64,000 nucleotides of DNA, taken from contig CAVONW010000003.1 in the NCBI GenBank assembly GCA_963697415.1, forward strand, positions 1,275,373 to 1,339,372. The letters are read 5' to 3'. Source of the stretch: an uncultured Chloroflexia bacterium (GTDB taxonomy: Bacteria; Chloroflexota; Limnocylindria; Limnocylindrales; CSP1-4). Under the pieces are notes generated by a model, which saw only the letters and a program-made list of their open reading frames with translations, was not told the origin of the DNA and did no database searches. Shown piece after piece: positions 40,159 through 49,302 of this stretch; positions within the stretch are counted from its first letter, which is position 1, and each line of letters opens with the position of its first letter. Both the position numbers and the translations under genes were made by a program.

Positions 40159-40407
40159 TTTTCATCAGAATGACTGTGTGTGAGCGTGGCCCTGGACGGA
40201 ATCTGTCGATTCCGCTGCTTGGCCGAGCGTGGCTGGGTCCGTGGTGATGAACCAGGTCGATCAGTCCCCGGGCAGTCCCCGGCAGATCCCAGGTCGATCA
40301 GTCCCCGGGAGCTCCCCGGGAGGGCCCCGGGATCTCCCGAGGGAGGCTCCCGGTCGACGACGTCCACGGGACGCACGCCCAGCGCGAGCCACGACGCCTC
40401 GTCCGCG

Positions 40408-41451
40408 TCAGGGTGCCGGCAGGATCACCGTCATGCCGGCCACGGTCGACGGTTCGCTCATGGCCATGAGCGCCTCGGGGACTGCCTCGAGCGGGATGGT
40501 CCGCCCGACGAGCCGGTCTGGCCGGAGCCGCCCATCGGCGACCCGGGCGAGCATCTCCGGGTAGTCGTGGGGCGCCATGCCGTGGCTGCCGATCAGCTCC
40601 AGCTCCCGGGACAGGACGCGATCCATCGGGATCGGGGGCCGCGCGTCCGCGCCGGCCATCAGCCCGGCCTGGACATGACGGCCACGCCGTCGCAGCCCCG
40701 CCACCGAGTTCAGGCAGGTCTCCGTGCTGCCCAGCGCGTCGAGGGAAAGATGCGCACCGCCATCGGTGGCGGCCACGACCGCGGCGGGGATGTCCGAACC
40801 GCGAGCGTCGATCAGGACCTCGGCGCCGAGCGATTCTGCCGCCGCGAGCGCCGCCGCGGAGACATCAACCGCCACGACGCGCGCACCGGCCGCAACCGCG
40901 ATCATCACGGCGGACAGGCCGACGCCCCCGCACCCGTGCACCGCGACCCATTCCTGCTCCCGCACCCGGCCCTGCGCGATGACGGCGCGGTAGGCCGTGG
41001 CGAACCGGCAGCCGAGCGCCGCCGCCGTCACCGCCTCGAGATCGTCGGGGAGCGGGATCAGGTTGACGTTGGCCCGGGTGACGGCGACGAATTCCGCGAA
41101 CGATCCCCATCGGGAGAAGCCGGGCTGGTCCTGCGCATGGCAGACCTGCTCGTCCCCGGCCAGGCAAGACGCGCAGGTGCCGCACGCGCCGATGAACGGG
41201 AAGGTGACCCGGGCTCCCGGGCGCCAGCCGGTGACATCGGGCCCGACCGCCTCGATCGTGCCGGCGAACTCGTGACCGGGGACGTGCGGCAGCCGGATGT
41301 CCGCGTCGTGGCCCATCCAGCCGTGCCAATCGGAGCGGCACAGCCCGGTCGCCTCCACCCGGATGATCGCCCCGTCGGCCGGGACCGACGGATCGTCAAC
41401 TACCTGGACGCCGACGGGACCACGGAATGCCTCATATACGATCGCCCGCAT
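40408..41451 (-). CDS. Zinc-dependent alcohol dehydrogenase (MDR family)
   Basis: GLCRSD, PGHEFAG, CGTCASC, GCGGVG. Confidence 0.93.
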   Translation of the reverse strand: MRAIVYEAFRGPVGVQVVDDPSVPADGAIIRVEATGLCRSDWHGWMGHDADIRLPHVPGHEFAGTIEAVGPDVTGWRPGARVTFPFIGACGTCASCLAGDEQVCHAQDQPGFSRWGSFAEFVAVTRANVNLIPLPDDLEAVTAAALGCRFATAYRAVIAQGRVREQEWVAVHGCGGVGLSAVMIAVAAGARVVAVDVSAAALAAAESLGAEVLIDARGSDIPAAVVAATDGGAHLSLDALGSTETCLNSVAGLRRRGRHVQAGLMAGADARPPIPMDRVLSRELELIGSHGMAPHDYPEMLARVADGRLRPDRLVGRTIPLEAVPEALMAMSEPSTVAGMTVILPAP

Positions 41452-41656
41452 CTACCGCCGATCCTCAGCCTTCGTCCGCCGGGTCATAGCTCATGGGCGA
41501 TCGTAGCCGCCGTACCGGTGTCTGGTTGTCGTGGCGCGTCCGGAGGGGTTCGGACGCGGGCAAACAACCTGCGGGGTTCCGATCGAGGTCGTCGATCATC
41601 GCTTGAGGCGGCGGCCCGCCGTGTGCCGGCATGATCGCACGGCCGATGGCCACATA

Positions 41657-41721
41657 CGGCTAAGATTGACAAGATTAGCCGTCGAGCCCATGCTGTTGGC
41701 TAATGACGACAAGTTTAGCCG
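41657..41721 (+). promoter_or_regulatory. fic promoter with two GGCTAA-N11-TTAGCC dyads
   Basis: TTGACA 41666..41671, 17 bp, CATGCT; dyads at 41658..41680 and 41698..41720. Confidence 0.75.
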
Positions 41722-41731
41722 TGGATTTGCC

Positions 41732-43051
41732 ATGAGGCTTCCCGACCGCGCCCCCAGCCTCCACGAGATGCTCCAGAGGCCGGACCTCATACAGGCTCTA
41801 CCCCGAGTTATCGGGGCGGGCCTCGGGCCATTGGTAGACGGACGGTACATCCATTGGGACAGCCTCCGCCGACGTACGCCCCCGGACGACCTCACGCACG
41901 AGCAGTGGTGGTTGGGGCTCGCCTTTGCCCGCCAGGCCAGTCTTCGCGACATCCCCCTTACAGCTACGGACGGACGACCCTTCCGGTATTCGTTGCCTGA
42001 TCCTGTGCTGGAGCAGCTCCATTGGATTGACCAGCATGCGGCTGGCGAACTCGTGGTTTCGGAAACCATCAAAGAGCCTGGCGATCGCCAGCGCTATCTG
42101 GTCAACTCACTCATCGAGGAAGCCATCACCTCGAGCCAGCTTGAGGGTGCGAGTGCGACCCGGCCTGTGGCGAAGGAGATGATCCGAACGGGACGGCCAC
42201 CTCGGGACCGCAGCGAACGCATGATCCTCAACAACTACCAAGCCATGAACGCACTGCACGACATGTCCAGGAAACCCTTGACTCCCGAACGTGTGTTCGT
42301 GCTCCACAAGGTCCTGGCCGAGGGTACGCTCGACAACCCGGATGCGGCCGGTCGCCTGCAGCGACCCAGCGAAGAGAGAGTTCACGTCGAGGCCGCGGAT
42401 GGCACGCTCACCCACACGCCGCCCCCAGCGGTCGAACTACCCGCGCGATTGGCGGCGATGTGCCGCTTCGCAAACGCAGCCGACCCAGGCTTCGTGCATC
42501 CAGTCGTGCGCGCCATCCTCCTCCACCTGTGGCTGGGGTATGACCACCCGTTTGAAGACGGCAATGGCCGGACCGCCAGGGCCTTGTTCTATCGAGAGAT
42601 GCTTGCTCGCGGGTATTGGCTGTTTGAGTACGTATCGATCTCCAGGCTCCTCCTCAAGGCTCCCGTCCAATATGGCCTGTCGTATCTGTACACCGAGACT
42701 GACAACTTTGATGCCACGTATTTCCTGCTCTTCCATATGAAGATCTTGCGCAGGGCGATCGAAGAACTGCAGGCCTACCTGGTTCGAAAGATGGTCGAGC
42801 TGCGGGAGACTCTGAGTCTCCTCCGCAGGACCGATCTGAACCACAGGCAAGTGGCACTTCTGACAAATGCACTGAGCCATGAGGACTCGGTCTATACCGT
42901 CCGGTCGCATTCACAGAGCCACCGTGTGACCCGACAATCCGCGCGTACTGATCTTGCCGAACTCGAATCGAGGGGCTTTCTCGAGCATCGCGTCGTAGGG
43001 CGACGTTTCGACTACTACCCGGCTCGTGACCTTCGATCGAGAGTTGACTGA
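41732..43051 (+). CDS. Fic family protein (class II) with C-terminal HTH, copy 1
   Basis: HPFEDGNGRTAR, inhibitory SSQLEG, VTRQSARTDL..LE..GFL winged-helix-like tail. Confidence 0.92.
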   Translation: MRLPDRAPSLHEMLQRPDLIQALPRVIGAGLGPLVDGRYIHWDSLRRRTPPDDLTHEQWWLGLAFARQASLRDIPLTATDGRPFRYSLPDPVLEQLHWIDQHAAGELVVSETIKEPGDRQRYLVNSLIEEAITSSQLEGASATRPVAKEMIRTGRPPRDRSERMILNNYQAMNALHDMSRKPLTPERVFVLHKVLAEGTLDNPDAAGRLQRPSEERVHVEAADGTLTHTPPPAVELPARLAAMCRFANAADPGFVHPVVRAILLHLWLGYDHPFEDGNGRTARALFYREMLARGYWLFEYVSISRLLLKAPVQYGLSYLYTETDNFDATYFLLFHMKILRRAIEELQAYLVRKMVELRETLSLLRRTDLNHRQVALLTNALSHEDSVYTVRSHSQSHRVTRQSARTDLAELESRGFLEHRVVGRRFDYYPARDLRSRVD

Positions 43052-43058
43052 GAGGTCC

Positions 43059-44372
43059 CTACCCGGCGGCGGCCGTCGCCAGCGCGTCCAGATAGGTGGA
43101 GATGGACGGGACCGCGCGCAGCCGCCGCTCGAAGTAGTCGTTTACGGCGCGGAGTGCCTCGTCCTTCACCGCGCCCACGTCCGCCGTCCGCCCGGCGGCG
43201 CCCTCGCCGGCCATGACGTTCGCGCGCACGGCCATTAGGCTCCGGACCATGTCCGCCTCCGCCGGGCCGTCCAGCGCCGCGACGGCGGACATGATCAGCG
43301 TGTCCGCCTGGTGGACCAGGGTCTCGGTGTCGAAGACGGCGCCCGGCCGGTCGGCCTCGTCGAGGGTCCGGACCAGTGCCGCGACCTGGTACAGGACCGT
43401 GGTCGGCTCGTCGAACAGCTCGCGCAGGTAGGCGGCTTCGGCGTACCGGCCGGTGAGGCGGAACACGTTGTACAGCCGCCGCGCGACCTTGCCGAAGTTC
43501 GGATCCTTCACCGAGTACTTGACGACCTCGTGCTCGAGCTGGTCCACGTACTCGTCGACCGAATCGGCGGCCATCTCGCGGACGATCTTCGAGAACACGG
43601 GGAGAGAATCGGCCTCGAGGTAGACCTCCTGGAAGTACGGGTCGATGAACCCGTCGAGCGCGCTGATCGACCCGTCCGGAGCCTCCCAGGTCACATCCAG
43701 CATGTTGCTGGCGTTGGCCAGCGCACGGCGCTGCGGATCCGCCACGATCCAGTCGAGCTTGCACCAACCCGGATCAGCCGATGCCTCGTCCCAGGTGATC
43801 TCTGCCGGCTGTCCGTCACGGACGACCGCGATCCGGCCGGCCACCACCTCATCCGCGCTCCAGGAGATCGGGCTGCCGGCCGCCATGGCTCGTCCGGCGC
43901 GTTCGCACGCGTACGGATAGTTGCCGAACTTGACTTCCCAGAGGCGAAACGTCGGACCAACGAGGCTGGCGAGGGCCTTCGTGCGCATCTCATCGGCCAG
44001 GATCGCGCAGGCTTCGGCGCGGGTGGGCGCTGCGATGTGCACCCGCTCGAAGAAGTCGCAGTCTCCAGGGAACGAGTGGACCTTGCCCTGGGCGGCCGAA
44101 CCCGACAGGGCCAGGGCGGTGCGCACCACCGGCGGGCGGTCGGGGAAGCCGACGATCTCGCCGATCGCCCGGAAACGCGCGAGATCGCGCGGCGTGAAGT
44201 CGAGCATCGAGACGCGGTGGCCGTAGATGCCGCTGTTCACGTCGACCACGACGTCGCCGCCCAGCGACTCCGTCTCGAGGGCGGCCACCCACTGCGCCGC
44301 CTCGACCTCGTCCAGCTCGACGCCCAGCCGTCGGGCGGACTCGATAACGCCGTCCAGTGCGGATCGTTCCAT
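43059..44372 (-). CDS. Uncharacterised putative nucleotidyltransferase, copy 2
   Basis: Three amino-acid differences from copy 1 (H>Q, T>S, G>E); motifs intact. Confidence 0.65.
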   Translation of the reverse strand: MERSALDGVIESARRLGVELDEVEAAQWVAALETESLGGDVVVDVNSGIYGHRVSMLDFTPRDLARFRAIGEIVGFPDRPPVVRTALALSGSAAQGKVHSFPGDCDFFERVHIAAPTRAEACAILADEMRTKALASLVGPTFRLWEVKFGNYPYACERAGRAMAAGSPISWSADEVVAGRIAVVRDGQPAEITWDEASADPGWCKLDWIVADPQRRALANASNMLDVTWEAPDGSISALDGFIDPYFQEVYLEADSLPVFSKIVREMAADSVDEYVDQLEHEVVKYSVKDPNFGKVARRLYNVFRLTGRYAEAAYLRELFDEPTTVLYQVAALVRTLDEADRPGAVFDTETLVHQADTLIMSAVAALDGPAEADMVRSLMAVRANVMAGEGAAGRTADVGAVKDEALRAVNDYFERRLRAVPSISTYLDALATAAAG

Positions 44373-44476
44373 CGTCGTCGATGCCCCTCGGGTCGGCGGA
44401 CACCCGGCTCCGCCTGTCGTTCGCTAGTATCGGCCGACGTGCCGTCGCCGGTTCAGCCCGCGCCGCAAGGAGTGTC

Positions 44477-45025
44477 GTGACCACCGAGACCTGGATCAGC
44501 GTGGACGTCGAAACGTCCGGTCCCACTCCCGCGACCGGGAGCCTGCTCGCGATCGGCGCGTGCCTGGTCCACCGCCCGGAAGAGGGGATCGAGCTGCTGC
44601 TGCGCCCGGACCCGGAGCTGCCGTGGGAGACGGACGCCGAGGCGATCCACGGCCTCCGTCGCGACGACCTGCTGCGTGACGGCCTCGCTCCCGCGACGGC
44701 GCTGGCCGCCCTCGAGGACTGGCTCGGGCGGGTGGTCCCGCCGGACGCCCGCCCCGTCTTCGTCGCGCTCAACGCTCCGTTCGACTGGATGTTCGTGGCC
44801 GATGCGGCCTGGCGTCACCTGGGACGCAACCCGTTCGGGCCCAGTGCGCTCGACCTCAAGGCGCTCTACATGGGTCGGCACCTTCGGGAGGTCGCACGGT
44901 GGAGCGACACGTCCCGGCTTCGGATCCTCGAGCGCTATCCGGTCGCCCTTCCGCACACGCATCGCGCCCTCGACGACGCGCGCGAGCAGGCGGCCATCTG
45001 TCGGGCCCTGCTGACCGGAGCCTGA
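44477..45025 (+). CDS. DEDDh 3'-5' exonuclease (Cap18-like), copy 2
   Basis: Same motifs as copy 1 with a few substitutions. Confidence 0.85.
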   Translation: MTTETWISVDVETSGPTPATGSLLAIGACLVHRPEEGIELLLRPDPELPWETDAEAIHGLRRDDLLRDGLAPATALAALEDWLGRVVPPDARPVFVALNAPFDWMFVADAAWRHLGRNPFGPSALDLKALYMGRHLREVARWSDTSRLRILERYPVALPHTHRALDDAREQAAICRALLTGA

Positions 45026-45337
45026 CCGCCTCGATCCGCCGGCGGGGAGCAGGCACTGGCCGACGCCGAGCAGGCACTGGCCGCCGTGATCGACGTGGTT
45101 CGTCGGAATGGCCGCGGGCGAGCGTGGCCCTGGACGGAATCTGTCGATTCCGCTGCTCGGCCGAGCGTGGCTGGCTCCGCGGTGATGAATGAGCTAGGTC
45201 AGTCCCCGGGAGCTCCCGAAGGAGGTTCCCGGGCGGCTCCCGGTCGACAACGTCCCCGGGACGCACGCCTGGCACGAGCCACGACGCCTCGTCCGCTTCA
45301 GGGTGCCGGCATGATCGCAGGGCCGATGGCCAACATA

Positions 45338-45402
45338 CGACTAAGATTGACAAGATTAGCCGTCGAGCCCATGCTGTTGGCTAATGACGACAAGTTTAGC
45401 CG
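45338..45402 (+). promoter_or_regulatory. fic promoter/operators, copy 2
   Basis: Same layout; first arm is GACTAA instead of GGCTAA. Confidence 0.7.
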
Positions 45403-45412
45403 TGGATTTGCC

Positions 45413-46753
45413 ATGAGGCTTCCCGACCGCGCCCCCAGCCTCCACGAGATGCTCCAGAGGCAGGACCTCGTACAGGGTCTACCCCGAGTTATCGGGGCGG
45501 GCCTCGGGCCATTGGTAGACGGACGGTACATCCATTGGGACGGCCTCCGCCGACGTACGCCCCCGGACGACCTCACGCACGAGCAGTGGTGGTTGGGGCT
45601 CGCCTTTGCCCGCCAGGCCAGTCTTCGCGAGATCCCCCTTACAGCTACGGACGGACGACCCTTCCGGTACTCGTTGCCTGATCCTGTGCTGGAGCAGCTC
45701 CATTGGATTGACCAGCATGCGGCTGGCGAACTCGTGGTTTCGGAGACCATCAAAGAGCCTGGCGATCGCCAGCGCTATCTGGTCAACTCACTCATCGAGG
45801 AAGCCATTACCTCGAGCCAGCTTGAGGGTGCGAGTGCGACCCGGCCTGTGGCGAAGGAGATGATCCGAACGGGACGGCCGCCTCGGGACCGCAGCGAACG
45901 CATGATCCTCAACAACTACCAAGCCATGAACGCACTGCACGACATGTCCAGGAAACCCTTGACTCCCGAACGTGTGTTCGTGCTCCACAAGGTCCTGGCC
46001 GAGGGTACGCTCGACAACCCGGATGCGGCCGGCCGCCTGCAGCGACCCAACGAAGAGAGGGTTCACGTCGAGGCCGCGGATGGCACGCTCACCCACACGC
46101 CGCCCCCAGCGGTCGAACTACCCGCGCGATTGGCGGCGATGTGCCGCTTCGCAAACGCAGCCGACCCAGGCTTCGTGCATCCAGTCGTGCGCGCCGTCCT
46201 CCTCCACCTGTGGCTGGGGTATGACCACCCGTTTGAAGACGGCAATGGCCGGACTGCCAGGGCCTTGTTCTATCGAGAGATGCTTGCTCGCGGGTATTGG
46301 CTGTTTGAGTACGTATCGATCTCCAGGCTCCTCCTCAAGGCTCCCGTCCAATATGGCCTGTCGTATCTGTACACCGAGACTGACAACTTTGATGCCACGT
46401 ATTTCCTGCTCTTCCATATGAAGATCTTGCGCAGGGCGATCGAAGAACTGCAGGCCTACCTGGTTCGAAAGATGGTCGAGTTGCGGGAGACTCTGAGCCT
46501 CCTCCGCAGGACCGATCTGAACCACAGGCAGGTGGCGCTTCTGACAAATGCACTGAGCCATGAGGACTCGGTTTATACCGTCCGGTCGCATTCACAGAGC
46601 CACCGTGTGACCCGACAATCCGCGCGCACTGATCTTGCCGAACTCGAATCGAGGGGCTTTCTCGAGCATCGCGTCGTAGGGCGACGTTTCGACTACTACC
46701 CGGCTCGTGACCTTCGATCGAGAGTTGCAGCAGGAGCCGCGCACACAGGTTAG
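45413..46753 (+). CDS. Fic family protein (class II), copy 2
   Basis: HPFEDGNGRTAR; C-terminus RVAAGAAHTG. Confidence 0.92.
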   Translation: MRLPDRAPSLHEMLQRQDLVQGLPRVIGAGLGPLVDGRYIHWDGLRRRTPPDDLTHEQWWLGLAFARQASLREIPLTATDGRPFRYSLPDPVLEQLHWIDQHAAGELVVSETIKEPGDRQRYLVNSLIEEAITSSQLEGASATRPVAKEMIRTGRPPRDRSERMILNNYQAMNALHDMSRKPLTPERVFVLHKVLAEGTLDNPDAAGRLQRPNEERVHVEAADGTLTHTPPPAVELPARLAAMCRFANAADPGFVHPVVRAVLLHLWLGYDHPFEDGNGRTARALFYREMLARGYWLFEYVSISRLLLKAPVQYGLSYLYTETDNFDATYFLLFHMKILRRAIEELQAYLVRKMVELRETLSLLRRTDLNHRQVALLTNALSHEDSVYTVRSHSQSHRVTRQSARTDLAELESRGFLEHRVVGRRFDYYPARDLRSRVAAGAAHTG

Positions 46754-46759
46754 GTGTCG

Positions 46760-49302
46760 TTACGGGTACGGCCGCGAATGCTCTGACTGATAGAGCGCGG
46801 TCACCTGGCCACCTTGGAACGCCAGCACCTCGGCCCGCACGGCCAGATCAGCGAGGTCCAGCACCCGCAGACTCCCATCCTCGACTTTGGCCACCGACTC
46901 GATGCGCACGAACCGGTCACCGAACCGCTCGGCGAACGCGGCCAGAGCCTGGAGCTTGGCACGCGCGTCCGCGAGGTAGTCGCCATGCGGGTCGACGATC
47001 GAAGCGCCGAGGGTCCCATCTGAGCGGCGCGAGACGACGAGGAAGTCGGGCTGGAGGGACGCCCACTCCTCCGCGTCGTTCTGGTAGGCGATCCGGAGCG
47101 ACGCCGGCGTGGCGCTGTCCCGGGATTCCGGTACCAGGCGACGAACCCATCCCGGGCGAGTTCCGACGCCACGACCGTGCGCTCCCAGTCGTTGAGGTCC
47201 GCCGGGTACATCCCATCGGCGTCGGCGAAGACGTGGCTCGCCGTATCGGGGAAGGTCGTCACCGTTCCGATCCTTCGTCGCCGCCCGCTCGTTCTGGCGC
47301 AGCTGGACCGTCACCGTCTCCGGCACCGTCGTCTGTTCCTGGACCCGCGTATACGCGTCGCGTGTCGCGCCGACGGTGTTGAGGATCTGCACGCGGAACT
47401 GATCGAGCTGCTCCTTGACCCAGTCGGTGGCAGTCGCATCGATCATCGTGCGGACCTCCGTCCATGCGCAGCAGCGCCGCGCATCGGACTCGGACCGCGT
47501 CGAGGTCGGCACCGGGCTCCGCGGCCAGTCGGTGGGCGAACCACGCCTTGCCGACGCCCTCCCGGACCGAGTCGATGATCCGCTGGGCGTCGCGAGCGAC
47601 ATCCCGGGCGTGCGTCGCGACCTCCGCGACCACGGGCCCCGTTCCGAGGTCCTCCCCGACCGTGGTGATCCGCGTACGCGCGACCGCCGTGGTCAGCAAG
47701 TCCTGGACGTTCTCCTCCACCTCTTCGGCGAGCTCTGCGGCCAGCCCGTCGAGCCGGAGGTCCAGTCGCTTCGTCAGCTCCGCGCCGGCATCCGCGAGCA
47801 GCGGCGCGCCCGCGGCGTCGTCCGCGAGCAACCGCGCGAGCGTGCGCGCCCGTCGAAGCGGGCTCGCCGTCCGGTCGGGGGTCGGGATGCTCGGCAGACC
47901 CTCGATGAACGCGAACACGGCGGGGTCGAGCAGGGCGTTCCGCTCGAACACCATCGGCGCCCGCACCACCGTGGCGCCAACGCGGTTCTGTCCGTTGTCG
48001 GCGCCCGTGCCCTCCAGCTCGTCCTTGATCGCGGACAGCGCCTTCTGGTCGAACAGCGGCAGGTAGCACGTGACCGAGTTGAGCGCGTCATCGGTCGCGA
48101 TCCGGTGCGCGAGCGGCTGGCGGACCATCCGGCCGATGATCTGGGCGATGTGCGTGGCGTCCTTCGCCGGTCGCTCCGAGTACAGGACCTCGGCACGCGG
48201 GCAGTCCCAGCCGGTCGAGATCGCCTCCTTCGCGAGGACGACCCGGATGTCGGTCTCGGTCTGGATCGACTCCGGGTAGACCCAGTCGACCGTGCGCGCG
48301 CCGAGCGTCAGCCGCTCGTGCTCGCCGAGGACGTGCGCGATCGCCCGCGGGCCGAGACCGGGCCACTCCGCCTCGATCGTGCCCACGAGCTCGGTCAGCT
48401 TGGCGTCAGCTCGCCTTGTCCGGCACCTGGACCACCAGCACCGGCAGCACCTCGGGCTCGCCTTCCGACGCCGAGTACGCCGCCCAGCGCTGTTCGAACG
48501 ACAGCGTGGCCTTGACCGCCTCGCGCAGCAGCGTCGTCGAGAACGTCCCCTTCTCGTCTGGTTGAGTCAAGCCCGATCTCGTCCTTGACGAGTCCGGACG
48601 CCCGCACGCGCTCGATGTCGACGTCGACGTTCGGGTAGCCGGTCCGGTCCGTCACCTCGCCCATGGCAGTCGTGAATCGCTCGATCGTGGCCGAGATGCC
48701 CCAGACGATCGGGATCGGCGGGATTGGACCCTGGCTCGCCGTGGATGAGGCGCGACACGATCGTCTTGCGGTCGGCCGCGCGCTTCATGCCCCGGTGCGC
48801 CTCGTCGAGGACCAGGACGAGGTCCGTGTTGTCGCCGCGGATCGTGTTGCGGAGGATGTCCCAGAACGAGAACTCGCGCGCGTTCGTGCCGCTCTGGACG
48901 AGCCGGCTGGTCCGCGACAGCTTCTGCGTGTTCAGGAAGTAGACTCGGCCGGGCGCGAGGTCGGCATCCAGGAACGACTCGTCGACCTCGACGCAGGGTG
49001 GTTGGTGCCAGCAGCTCGGAGGCGTCGAACATCCGGCCGCGTGTCTGGCGGTTGAGCGCCGGATCGTCGGTGATCCAGAGGAACGAGATCCGCGGATCGG
49101 CGTCGGTATCGAGGTCGGTCGAGCCGAAGAGGAGGGCCTCGATGACCGCGGTGGCGATGACGGTCTTGCCGGACCCGGTGATCGCCGACAGGGCGAACGA
49201 CGAGCGCTCGCCATCGTCCCGCCAGTCGCGGCGGCCGCGCCGGAGCCGCTTGAGCACCTCCAGCGCCGCGTCGCGCTGGTAGTCGCGGAGCTCGTACCGC
49301 AT
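46760..49302 (-). pseudogene. Type III-like restriction (Res) SF2 helicase-nuclease, multiply frameshifted
   Basis: LRDYQ, ITGSGKT, LVLDEAHRG, ISTGWDCPRAEVL, QIIGRMVRQP, C-terminal QPDF...IVDPHG over several frames. Confidence 0.8.

Larger units (their letters stand above)
38052..43046. repeat. Tandem duplication, copy 1 (NTase-exonuclease-ADH-Fic)
   Basis: GACTGAGAGGTCCCTACCCG at 38052 recurs at 43046 (offset 4994). Confidence 0.95.
43046..46727. repeat. Tandem duplication, copy 2 (NTase-exonuclease-Fic, no ADH)
   Basis: Near-identical to copy 1 through ...TCGAGAGTTG at 46727. Confidence 0.95.

Noticed and set aside
40099-40360. Possible CRISPR array
   Set aside because: Repeats are adjacent with no unique spacers, only two units, and no cas genes are present
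41531-41731. Longer Fic N-termini from the ORF track (41531; 45086)
   Set aside because: The extensions differ between copies and run through the promoter/operators; the shared start is MRLPDR
38065-46753. Calling the module canonical CBASS
   Set aside because: No recognisable effector (patatin, SAVED, TIR, TM) or Cap2/Cap3 genes, and CD-NTase identity is unproven
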